DNA of 40,819 nt from Chlamydia trachomatis (lineage in GTDB: Bacteria > Chlamydiota > Chlamydiia > Chlamydiales > 2-12-FULL-49-11): assembly GCA_945897715.1 (NCBI GenBank), contig CAMDFS010000002.1, positions 1-40,819 on the forward strand, given 5' to 3'. Below, one piece after another: positions 8,344 to 17,566 of the stretch. Position 1 is the first letter of the stretch; every line of letters begins with the position of its first letter. Below the pieces are notes generated by a model. It did not search any database and had not been told where the DNA came from. It saw only the letters and a list, made by a program, of their open reading frames with translations. The translations under genes were made by a program, and so were the position numbers.

Positions 8344-11300
8344 ATGTTCAAGAAAGATAAAAGAAGTCTGCCAGAAATAGAGAGATCTATTTTAAAGTTT
8401 TGGCAACATAATGAGATATTTAAGAAATCGCTTGAAAACAGGGAGGGTCATGAGAATTATGTGTTCTACGATGGGCCTCCTTTTGCTACAGGATTGCCTC
8501 ATTATGGACATATTTTAGCAGGGACAATTAAAGATGTAGTTGCCCGGTATAAGACGATGCAAGGTTTTTATGTACCTCGAAGATTTGGGTGGGATTGCCA
8601 TGGACTTCCAATTGAAAATGAGATCGAGAAGGAGCATAAATTTAAAAGTGCAGCTCAGATTGAAGAATTTGGAATCGCTCGGTTTAATGAAGAGTGCAGA
8701 AAAATTGTCCTTAGGTATTCAGGGGAATGGAAAAAGACTGTAGAACGGATGGGAAGATTTGTTGATTTTGAGCAAACTTACCGCACGATGGATTTAACAT
8801 TCATGGAATCTGTTTGGTGGGTATTTGGAAGACTTTGGGATAAGGGTTTGGTCTATGAGGGTTTTAAAGTGATGGGGTATTCTCCGGCACTTGGAACGCC
8901 TTTGTCAAATTTCGAGATGAATTTAAATTACCGAGAAGTGGACGATCCATCTATAACGATGAAATTTAGATTGCAAGGTGGTAATAGTCACCTCCTTGTA
9001 TGGACAACTACTCCTTGGACATTGCCTTCGAATTTAGCGTTAGCGTTAGCAGAAAATGCCGTCTATGTTCGTATTCATGATAAAGATACAGATGAGATCT
9101 ACATCATCGCAAAAAAAAGACTTTCCTCTTACTATAAGAGCGAAGAGGAATATACGATTAAAGAGGAGCTTTTAGGAAAAGATCTAGTGGGGAAAACTTA
9201 TGAGCCACTATTTCCTTATTTCTCAAACCACAAAAATGCCTTTAAGATATTAGCTGGAGATTTTGTTTCCCTTGTCGATGGAACAGGGATTGTTCATATG
9301 GCACCAGCTTTTGGTGAGGATGATTTTAACCTTTGTCAAAAAGTGGGTATTGAGCTTGTCTGTCCAATTGATGTGAATTGTAACTTTACTGATGAAGTGA
9401 AGGATTTTGAAGGGATCTTTGTAAAAGATGCCGATAAAGAGATTATTCGTCGTTTGAAAGGGGATGGAAAAGTTTTTCAGCACACAACCATTCGGCATAG
9501 ATATCCATACTGCTGGAGAACGGATAAACCGTTGATTTATCGCGCGGTGACTACCTGGTTTGTTGCTGTAGAAAAAATCAAAGATAAAATGATTGAAAAT
9601 AATAAGTTAATCCATTGGGTTCCTGGGCATATCAAGAAAGGAAGATTTGGAAATTGGCTAGATAATGCGCGTGATTGGGCAATTAGTAGAAATCGATATT
9701 TTGGCACACCTATTCCAATTTGGCGAAGTGAGGATGGAGACATCCGAATTATTTCCTCTGTAAAAGACTTAGAAGAAAAGACTGGAAATATCGATATTAC
9801 TGATATTCACAGACAATTTATCGATGAGATGACTTTTGAAGAGGATGGAAAGATCTTTAAGAGAATTCCAGAGGTTTTTGATTGCTGGTTTGAGTCAGGA
9901 TCAATGCCTTATGCACAAAATCACTTCCCCTTTGAAAATGAAGAGAAGACGATGAAGGATTTCCCCGCTGATTTCATTGCTGAGGGTCTTGATCAAACAC
10001 GGGGTTGGTTTTATACCTTACATGTGCTTTCAACGGCACTTTTTGATAAGCCTGCATTTACAAATGTGATAGTGAATGGAATTGTCCTTGCCGAAGATGG
10101 ACATAAGATGTCCAAGCGATTAAAAAACTATCCAGAACCTGAAGAGGTGATGGAAAAGCTTGGATCAGATGCAGTTAGACTTTATTTACTTCATAGCCCA
10201 CTTGTGAGAGCAGAAGATTATAGTTTTTCTGAACGTGGTGTTGAGACTGTTTTGAGGGGGATGATTCTCCCTTTATGGAATTGCTACGCCTTTTTGTCCA
10301 CCTATGCAACCATCTATGACTGGATTCCAACAGATGAAACATTTTCTCGGCCGAAAGCAGATATTGACAGATGGGTCCTTTCAAAGATTCATAAACTCAC
10401 TGCAGAGGTAAAAGAGGGGATGGACAACTATACCCTTGATAAAGCTGTAGAGCCGATGTCTAACTTTATTGAAGAACTTACCAATTGGTATATTAGAAGA
10501 TCTAGGACTAGATTTTGGGCGGATGAAAACACCTCTGATCGTCGTGAAGCGTTTGAAACGCTATACTCTGTTCTTTTAATCTTTGTAAAGTTAGCAGCAC
10601 CATTTATTCCATTTATAACAGAGGCGATCTATCAACAGCTCAAAAGACCCCATATGGCTGAATCTGTCCACATCACAGATTTCCCTCTCTTTGATGAAGA
10701 GATTTATGATGTGTTGATAGAAAAAGAGATGGAGTATGCGCAAATTGTTGTAAACTTAGGGCACTCTCTTAGAAAGGAGCACCGCCTTAAAGTAAGACAG
10801 CCACTTTCAAGAGTCTTTGTTATCTCCAATAAGAAGGATATGATTGAATCGCTAAGACTCCAGCATCACTTAATTTGTGAGGAGCTTAACGTAAAAGAGA
10901 TTACACTGCATAGCGATGAATCGAAATTTGTCCATTATAAGATCAAGCCAAACTTTAGAGTGCTTGGTAAAAAAGTGGGTAAATGGATGAGTGCTTGTAA
11001 AACAGCAATTGAGAGCCTGGATAAATCTTCTTATGATGTACTTCTTGAAGGGGGAGATGTTTTTATCCCTATGGGCGAGGATAGATATAAGCTTGAAGTG
11101 GAAGATGTGGAGCTTGAAAGAGTTGTTCGAGAGGGTCTTGTGGCTACAACTGCTGATGGCTTAATTGTTGCGTTGGAAACTGAAATTACCGAGGAGCTTG
11201 AACTTGAGGGAATTGCCCGTGAGCTTATTAATAAGATTAACACCATGCGAAAAGCCCATGATTTTGAGGTAGTTGATCGTATAGAAATTACCCTCTCCAA

Positions 11301-11451
11301 AACGGCAAAGATCGAGAAGTCTTTAGCTCGTTATGGAGAATTAATCTCTCATGAAGTGCTTGCTAATAAATTAGAATTTACTACAGCTGAAGTTGGCGAA
11401 AAGGTTGATATTAACGAGGAAGTTATTCACTTACAGATGATAAAAGTCTAG
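8344..11451 (+). CDS. ileS: Isoleucine--tRNA ligase, type 2 (eukaryote-like)
   Basis: Class I HIGH motif PHYGHILAG and KMSKS motif KMSKR are present. The CP1 editing insertion is present (TTPWTLPSN, GTGIVHMAPAFGEDD). At 1035 aa with the WCISRQR-equivalent WAISRNRYFG, it is typical of the type-2 enzymes found in Chlamydiae, archaea and eukaryotes. Confidence 0.97.
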   Translation: MFKKDKRSLPEIERSILKFWQHNEIFKKSLENREGHENYVFYDGPPFATGLPHYGHILAGTIKDVVARYKTMQGFYVPRRFGWDCHGLPIENEIEKEHKFKSAAQIEEFGIARFNEECRKIVLRYSGEWKKTVERMGRFVDFEQTYRTMDLTFMESVWWVFGRLWDKGLVYEGFKVMGYSPALGTPLSNFEMNLNYREVDDPSITMKFRLQGGNSHLLVWTTTPWTLPSNLALALAENAVYVRIHDKDTDEIYIIAKKRLSSYYKSEEEYTIKEELLGKDLVGKTYEPLFPYFSNHKNAFKILAGDFVSLVDGTGIVHMAPAFGEDDFNLCQKVGIELVCPIDVNCNFTDEVKDFEGIFVKDADKEIIRRLKGDGKVFQHTTIRHRYPYCWRTDKPLIYRAVTTWFVAVEKIKDKMIENNKLIHWVPGHIKKGRFGNWLDNARDWAISRNRYFGTPIPIWRSEDGDIRIISSVKDLEEKTGNIDITDIHRQFIDEMTFEEDGKIFKRIPEVFDCWFESGSMPYAQNHFPFENEEKTMKDFPADFIAEGLDQTRGWFYTLHVLSTALFDKPAFTNVIVNGIVLAEDGHKMSKRLKNYPEPEEVMEKLGSDAVRLYLLHSPLVRAEDYSFSERGVETVLRGMILPLWNCYAFLSTYATIYDWIPTDETFSRPKADIDRWVLSKIHKLTAEVKEGMDNYTLDKAVEPMSNFIEELTNWYIRRSRTRFWADENTSDRREAFETLYSVLLIFVKLAAPFIPFITEAIYQQLKRPHMAESVHITDFPLFDEEIYDVLIEKEMEYAQIVVNLGHSLRKEHRLKVRQPLSRVFVISNKKDMIESLRLQHHLICEELNVKEITLHSDESKFVHYKIKPNFRVLGKKVGKWMSACKTAIESLDKSSYDVLLEGGDVFIPMGEDRYKLEVEDVELERVVREGLVATTADGLIVALETEITEELELEGIARELINKINTMRKAHDFEVVDRIEITLSKTAKIEKSLARYGELISHEVLANKLEFTTAEVGEKVDINEEVIHLQMIKV

Positions 11452-11761
11452 TTGTTTTCCAGTTTTTCTAATTCTTTTTCAGAAGAATATCATTCAATGG
11501 TGCTGCCAAATCAAAATTAGATTGCCTTCTTAAAATACCACTTAAAGCAAATTTGAACTCCTTGTTCAGTTAAATGCGACAACTAGGCTAAGACATAGGG
11601 ATAGTTGAGGGGAAATAAGGGAAGAGATGTCGCAAATGACTTTTTTACAAGACTTTTTTATATCTTTTTAAGATTTGTACATGTTAAATCATCCTTTCCA
11701 GCTTTTCTTTAACTGCATCATGGGTCGTTTTTAACTTTTTAATTGATGAAACGATCTAATA

Positions 11762-13699
11762 TTAGATGAAGATTCTTTTAAATAAGCTTCTTGGCTTGTC
11801 GATAAAGGTCGATAATGGCTCTGTAGTCACAAAACGAAGTTTTCTTCTTTCACGTGCATAATAAAGGCCGATTCCGGTAAGAAGAATAGACCATACAAAG
11901 AGCTTGTGCACAGTAAACCATGCGTAAGGTTCTTGTAGAGGCGCCCCAAATCTTCCTCCAGGAGCCCACAGCATAAAGCTTGCAACACCTTGAATATTCT
12001 CTTCAGGAACAAACCCAAATTCTCTGCTGTCGCCACTTTGTGCATGATTATCACCAAGTACGTAATAGCTTTTCTTAGGCACAAAGAGGCCATATTTTAA
12101 AATCTTTTCTTTATCTATACTTCCATCAGAAAGAAGTGGTGCATGAGCATCAATAAACGGTACGTAGAGAGGATTATCAGAGGCTATCGCATTTTCTCGA
12201 GTGATAAAATCTTGCAATAAGCTGTCGTCATGGCTTAAGATCTTTTTACCCATTAAGTAAAAGTCGCCATCTCGAAAATAGGCGTATCTAGAAGGGGCAA
12301 GACCCATGTGTGTGTTGTGAGCAACAAATTTACTCTGCTCAATGCCGGCGTTATATAGCGTCATGCATTTTTCTTCTGAAAATGTGGCAAAAGGGTGATC
12401 ATCTTCTACTTGTTTAGGAATGGCTAAAGAAGGGATAAGTGAGAAGGGGTGATTCTGCCATTTTACTTTATAGGCTATGCCATCGATAAATTCATAGGAA
12501 GCATCATCCATCCCACCTTTTATTTTAGGGCGGTCATTATATTGAAAAGTATTTTCATAAGTCTTTCCAAAGTGTTCAAGATACCCCTTATTTGTATTGA
12601 ACCTTGAAGTAGAGAGGTTTTTCCAGATTGTCAACATCGTCTCTGTATGTAAAGGGATGTAGGAAACACTTTTCCCAAGTTCAGGGCGTCTTATCCCTCT
12701 ATAGTCGTCAATTTGTGTTGAGTCATGGATAGATGCATGGTGAGTGATTTCTAGATAGTATTTTACCCCTATATTATTCATCAATAAATGGAGTGTTTCA
12801 TTAGAGAAATAGAGGCTCTCGGTAGAGACAATTCGGGTCATTCCATAATTGCCCATCCCCCACATCTCATGGATGTCTTCTACTCCATTTTGTAAAACGC
12901 TGGCTGTGGCCTCTTTTTTACCAACACTTTTTAAGGTAGAGACGGGAATATGATTTTGCTCAATGGTAATAGAGGAAACTTGTTGATTAAGTGGGATAAA
13001 ATCACCACCAACAACTCTTCCGCCAATATAAATGTAGGGGATGTGTTCAATGTGGGATAGCATCTCTTGTTGAAGTAGCAAAGAGATATCATTGCCATCT
13101 TTATCTATTCCATAGATTTTTCCACCATAAAAATATAAGGTGTCTTCAGGGAGTCCAATAGTTCTTTTTACAAACCTTTTTACTCCAGGTAAAATACCAA
13201 AGTGTTTGATGTGTACATTGGCAATATCTAAGCCCTCTGCTGTAAACACAACAGTACCCATACGCTTCATCGCCTCAGGATCAAAAGAAAAGTGATTGCG
13301 AACCAAGGGAATATTGATCCCAAACTGCGCCTTTGAAACAATCACTCTGTCATTTTCTCTAAATGTAGGTCTCATTGAACCAGTTGGGATCTCCATTGGC
13401 TCAAAACAAGTTTGTCTGATTACAATTGCAAAAAAGAAGGCTATAGCAAGGGTTGCTGCGCTGATTGCAAACTTTGAAATAATGGATAAAGGAAAATGTT
13501 CTTTTAAAATTTTTTCTATGGCGTAGGCCTCTTTAGAGGCACCAACTTTATCTCTTTTAGCAATACACTGCTGTAACTTTCCAAGTCTATTCTCAATTTC
13601 TATAGAAACAATTTCAGAGATAGATTCTTTTTTCCTCTTGTAGAGAGAGCAGGCATAAGTGAAAATAGACAAACTTTTCTTTAGGGAGATTTTTTTCAT
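11762..13699 (-). CDS. lepB: Signal peptidase I, long chlamydia-type form
   Basis: Catalytic Ser box GSMRPTF, Lys box FVKRTIGLPEDT and box E GDNHAQSGDSREFGFVP are all present. There are N-terminal and C-terminal transmembrane segments and a roughly 300-aa insertion between the boxes. The 645-aa length is comparable to the roughly 630-aa chlamydial LepB (from memory). Confidence 0.9.
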   Translation of the reverse strand: MKKISLKKSLSIFTYACSLYKRKKESISEIVSIEIENRLGKLQQCIAKRDKVGASKEAYAIEKILKEHFPLSIISKFAISAATLAIAFFFAIVIRQTCFEPMEIPTGSMRPTFRENDRVIVSKAQFGINIPLVRNHFSFDPEAMKRMGTVVFTAEGLDIANVHIKHFGILPGVKRFVKRTIGLPEDTLYFYGGKIYGIDKDGNDISLLLQQEMLSHIEHIPYIYIGGRVVGGDFIPLNQQVSSITIEQNHIPVSTLKSVGKKEATASVLQNGVEDIHEMWGMGNYGMTRIVSTESLYFSNETLHLLMNNIGVKYYLEITHHASIHDSTQIDDYRGIRRPELGKSVSYIPLHTETMLTIWKNLSTSRFNTNKGYLEHFGKTYENTFQYNDRPKIKGGMDDASYEFIDGIAYKVKWQNHPFSLIPSLAIPKQVEDDHPFATFSEEKCMTLYNAGIEQSKFVAHNTHMGLAPSRYAYFRDGDFYLMGKKILSHDDSLLQDFITRENAIASDNPLYVPFIDAHAPLLSDGSIDKEKILKYGLFVPKKSYYVLGDNHAQSGDSREFGFVPEENIQGVASFMLWAPGGRFGAPLQEPYAWFTVHKLFVWSILLTGIGLYYARERRKLRFVTTEPLSTFIDKPRSLFKRIFI

Positions 13700-13726
13700 A
13701 GATAGTAGTTTAACAGGTTTAATGTT

Positions 13727-14740
13727 TTATTTCCAATGTATTATATCTTTAGAAAGAATAGATTTAATTTGAGAGTCATCGTCATAAGAAAGATAGAGCC
13801 GATATTTTTTACCAGGGGTTAATTCCTCTGTTAAACGTGACCTAAGCATATCAAATTTTAATACATTTGTATCAATTACTTGATGTGTTGTCTCTATTGG
13901 GACAAGCTTTGATTTGCCTTTAGAAACCTCAAGAAGGTATACAGTGTAATTAGATATAGTCCTCTCCCCCTGGACGAGAAATGAAAACTTCTCCATGTCA
14001 TTGTTCCATTTTTCTAAAGGAGAGATAAATTTTGGGGGCATTCGGGGGATTTTTGTAATAGAAGAGAGAAGATTATGGCCAGAGTCGAGGGAAACCATTT
14101 TTTTAGAGCCGTAATCGCCATGAATTTGAATCCAGTAGGGAAAAGGAAAATTATTTAAAATGTATAGGTCGATATTTCTTTCTGAAAGGGGGGATGAATC
14201 TTTTCCCCAAGTAGCAACATAGACATCCACCACCGCTGGAGTCTCTTTTTTCCCATTTACGAACATTGAGGGGACCCAGATAGGCCTATCATCTTTTCTT
14301 GTAGCGGGCCGAGGTCCTGTTCTAGCTAAATGTGCTTCAGGTGATGCTTTAAGTTCTAAACCAAGTAATGAGGAAATAAGGGTGTCTTCTTTATTTAAAA
14401 AAAGATGAGCTTTTCTTGAGAGGCAATAGGTGGAGGTAATGTTTAAATTTGAGGTATCTATTTCCATTAATGTCCAAGAGGTGCTACCTGGTGCCTTTTT
14501 CTGCAGCCAATTGTTTAATTCTACTCCCTTTACGTTATCGTAAATTTCTTTCGGTAGGGTAATTTCTTCAAAGGTAATAAATGGAAGCTCTTTAGAATGA
14601 ATGCTTAACAATGTAACTGAGTTGCCGTTTTGATAAATGCTGTAATCGCCAACCTCTGCATTCAAGAAAATATCTTTTAGGCTGCTTGGATATAATGAAC
14701 CTAAAGCAAAAAATAACAAGGATATAAAGATTTTTCTCAT
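13727..14740 (-). CDS. Secreted hypothetical protein (337 aa), likely co-transcribed with lepB
   Basis: Signal peptide MRKIFISLLFFALGSLYP. It lies 27 bp upstream of lepB on the same strand. No recognisable domain. Confidence 0.7.
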   Translation of the reverse strand: MRKIFISLLFFALGSLYPSSLKDIFLNAEVGDYSIYQNGNSVTLLSIHSKELPFITFEEITLPKEIYDNVKGVELNNWLQKKAPGSTSWTLMEIDTSNLNITSTYCLSRKAHLFLNKEDTLISSLLGLELKASPEAHLARTGPRPATRKDDRPIWVPSMFVNGKKETPAVVDVYVATWGKDSSPLSERNIDLYILNNFPFPYWIQIHGDYGSKKMVSLDSGHNLLSSITKIPRMPPKFISPLEKWNNDMEKFSFLVQGERTISNYTVYLLEVSKGKSKLVPIETTHQVIDTNVLKFDMLRSRLTEELTPGKKYRLYLSYDDDSQIKSILSKDIIHWK

Positions 14741-14840
14741 AAGTAGATTTATCTTACCATAATGAAGATAAAATAGCAGTTAGTTTTTTTTTCTTGCATT
14801 AATGAATTTATTTTGTATGGATCTGTTTAAGAGGTGAAAT

Positions 14841-15170
14841 ATGTACAGAAAATTATTATGTGTAGTGTTTGTTCTAACAGCTTGTTTAAACACTGGTTGT
14901 AGTTTATTTAAAGGAAAAGAGGTTGTCTCTCAAGCAGATCCAAATGGTTCTATTGATGAAAAGATTGCTTATCATAGAAATGAGATTAAGACCTATCAAG
15001 CGGCAATTGAGAAGGAAAAGCAAATTACTGTGAATTCTTTACAGTCTAGAAATATGAGTGAAGTAAGGCGTTCAAATAATAAGACGGCGATGTATGAAAG
15101 GAAGATTAAAGAGAATCAGCAGGCGATCATTGATTTAAATGCACAAAAAGAATCAGTGAGTAAAAAATGA
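14841..15170 (+). CDS. Small lipoprotein with a coiled-coil C-terminal part
   Basis: Strong ribosome-binding site (aagaggtg, 5 nt, then ATG). Lipobox VFVLTAC with Cys15. The remainder is charged and helical. Confidence 0.65.
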   Translation: MYRKLLCVVFVLTACLNTGCSLFKGKEVVSQADPNGSIDEKIAYHRNEIKTYQAAIEKEKQITVNSLQSRNMSEVRRSNNKTAMYERKIKENQQAIIDLNAQKESVSKK

Positions 15171-15526
15171 AAAAAATAGCTCTTTTTACCATGATTATCT
15201 TTTCAGTATTTCATGCATGTGTTTATGGAGCTTCTACAGGATCTTTACAAATTACACATGGGACAAATCAAGATATTGATATGGAAATGATTAATTCTCA
15301 GATAGAATCTTTGACAAATCTTAAAGACTATTATTTGGCTAAGGCAGCTCGCATTAGAAACTTAGGGGATAGGGTTCAGTTTTCTTCTGAACAGGATGGT
15401 TTGATCACTGCACAAAAGTGCTGGAAATCTGCAGACCGATATGATAGAATTGCTGATCAAATTCAAGGAGAGATTAATAATCTTGAGAAGGAAAGAGATC
15501 AAGTGCTTCAAAAGGCTAGCTATTAA
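15167..15526 (+). CDS. Small secreted coiled-coil protein, translationally coupled to the upstream lipoprotein
   Basis: ATGA start/stop overlap with 14841-15170. Signal peptide MKKIALFTMIIFSVFHACVYG. Confidence 0.6.
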   Translation: MKKIALFTMIIFSVFHACVYGASTGSLQITHGTNQDIDMEMINSQIESLTNLKDYYLAKAARIRNLGDRVQFSSEQDGLITAQKCWKSADRYDRIADQIQGEINNLEKERDQVLQKASY

Positions 15527-15581
15527 CCACTTCTTGAATTTATAAAAATCACATCTTAATATAACAAGAGTTGGGTAATCT

Positions 15582-16724
15582 ATGATGTATGGAATTTCAG
15601 AATTGCAAGAGGTCTATTCTCTTTGGAAAGCAAATGAAGGAAGTGCAATAGAGAAATTTGCCGTCTCTTTTACCTCTTTAGAGCAAAGGCAACCCCTTAT
15701 TTTTGTCGGATTACCCTCTATAACAAAGTACTTAGGGAAGAGAATTTTTAGAGATGAAGAGATCTTTTATTTACACTCTTTACAGCAAGAAGGGGGAAGG
15801 TTATTGTTCCCTGATAAATTTATTAAGTATCTCTCTTTAATAACTTATGAAGTGCAAATGGAAGCACCAAAAGAAGGGGTAATCTTTTTTTCCGGGGAGC
15901 CTATAATAAAGGTTGTGGGCAATGTTCTAATTTTAACTTTTTTTAAAAAAATAATTAATCACTACCTTCCAAGACAGATACAGATTTGTAGCGAGGTTGA
16001 AAAAATTGTTTCTTACATAGCCCCCTCTTTTGTTTCGATAGAAAATTGCTCAAGTTCTTATAGGTTAGATAATGCTTTGGATGCTAGAAGTGCTTATATT
16101 GGAGGGGCTATTGCAACAGAAGATTTGTTTGCTGCTGTAAGTTTTAATATCCCAATTTGTTATCATGATGATGATACTTCTTTGGTCTTTTTAGATGTTT
16201 GTGACCCTTTGTTTATGAAAAAATACTCTTCAGTAGATTCTGATCAGAAAATTTTTTTAAAGGGGAGAATTACAAAAGAGTTTTTAGAGGAATTTCCATT
16301 TTACGGAGTGGAGTTAAAGGGTGCTTCGATCAATCTTTTAGGACTTTCTGAAACTCTTGTTACCGCCCGTTTCCATTACTATAGAAATTCTGATATTTTG
16401 GATGAAGACTTTCATCTCTATAGATTTTCCTATAAAGGGTTAATTGTAGGGGATATTCTCACAAGCCCTGATCAGATTGATAAAAAGAAGACCTTTTTTG
16501 GTAAATACTTAGTAAACCTTATTAAGGTAGATTTACTTCAAGATGTTACCTCATATGAAGAGGAATTGTCAGTTATGACTAGAAATCGAGCTTTAAGAAG
16601 TATGCAGCAATTGCCTTGTAAATATAGAGGAGAAGAGAGTGATTTTACCTATCCAATAAGAATTTTAAAGAAAGAGCACGATCAAGTAAGAGTTGAGAGT
16701 TTTTCAAATACAAGGTTTGCGTAA
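15582..16724 (+). CDS. Nicotinate phosphoribosyltransferase-like protein, apparently degenerate
   Basis: Blocks align by eye to class II NAPRTases. [27 protein letters not shown] matches [47 protein letters not shown] matches [34 protein letters not shown] matches [15 protein letters not shown]. The conserved active-site blocks are substituted (see findings). Confidence 0.55.
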   Translation: [380 protein letters not shown]

Positions 16725-16945
16725 GATTCCTCTATTTCAATACCCTTTTTTACACAAGTATGCCCAGATTTAATGAAAATAGCGCTCAAAGGGATAGAAA
16801 ACTCCTTACTCAGCGTTTTTAGTAGGGCTGCATTTGCTAGACCCTTCTCTCTTGGGGCTTTTACTTTTACAATGAGATAGTCTCCCTCTTTTTTGTGGAC
16901 CCCATCTTCTCTGGCATTTGCTTTTACTCTAATTCTAAGAAACAT
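16682..16945 (-). CDS. yggU: YggU/DUF167 family protein
   Basis: 87 aa with the family pattern VKVKAPREKGLANAALLKTLSKEFSIPLSAIFIKSGHTCVKKGIEI (A-P-x-x-G-x-AN ... SG..S..K.v.i). Its 3' end overlaps the convergent upstream ORF by 43 nt. Confidence 0.8.
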   Translation of the reverse strand: MFLRIRVKANAREDGVHKKEGDYLIVKVKAPREKGLANAALLKTLSKEFSIPLSAIFIKSGHTCVKKGIEIEESYANLVFEKLSTLT

Positions 16946-17049
16946 ATAGTTGATTTATTTTTTATTAATAGGATATACTACACCCCATGATAAATGCAAG
17001 TCTATTTGCAGATTGTTTTGATTACACCATTTATGGTAGTTGTAGAAAT

Positions 17050-17547
17050 ATGTTTAAAATATTATTCACCCTCTTTTTTTCATCAAGCGCACTATTTTCC
17101 CACAATATACAAATAGGGGATGATGCGCCCAATTTCATGCTGAAAGATCAGGAAGGGTTTACTCATACGCTCATTTCTCATAGAGGTTCTTTTGTCCTCT
17201 TGTTTTTTTACCCACGTGATTTTACTATCTCAGCACATCGAAAGATCCGTACTATGGAAAAGCTCATAGAAAAATCTTTGTCCGATCGATTTGTGGTCTA
17301 TGGAATCAGTAGTGATTCTGTAGAAAATCACCGTAAATTTTACGATAAGATGCACATCACATATGACTTACTTTCAGATGTGGAGGGGGTGGTTATTAAA
17401 GCCTATAATGCTCTGGGTTTTATCGAAACTAAACCACTTGTTGTGATTATTGGTCCTGATGGAAGATATTTTAAAGTCTATGAGAACATGCAGAAGTTTC
17501 TTGTAGAGAGAAACATAATTTCCTTTATAATAAACGATGGTGTTTAA
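17050..17547 (+). CDS. Peroxiredoxin (Bcp/AhpC-TSA fold) homolog lacking the peroxidatic cysteine, with a signal peptide
   Basis: APNFMLKDQEGFTHTLISHRGSFVLLFFYPRDFTISAHRK aligns to the Prx block ...FFYPKDxTPGCT.E, but the motif reads PxxxTxxA. The ORF could start at 16987. I prefer the ATG at 17050, which yields the signal peptide MFKILFTLFFSSSALFS and leaves 104 bp for divergent promoters. Confidence 0.7.
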   Translation: MFKILFTLFFSSSALFSHNIQIGDDAPNFMLKDQEGFTHTLISHRGSFVLLFFYPRDFTISAHRKIRTMEKLIEKSLSDRFVVYGISSDSVENHRKFYDKMHITYDLLSDVEGVVIKAYNALGFIETKPLVVIIGPDGRYFKVYENMQKFLVERNIISFIINDGV

Positions 17548-17566
17548 TTATTAACTATGTTCATTT

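Noticed and set aside
11031-11300. Ser-rich 89-aa minus-strand ORF inside ileS, together with the other short ORFs inside ileS (8540-8743, 9250-9498, 9537-9743, 10175-10384).
   Set aside because: These are antisense or alternate-frame artefacts within a highly conserved gene. The Ser-rich composition is the complement of GAA/GAG-rich codons.
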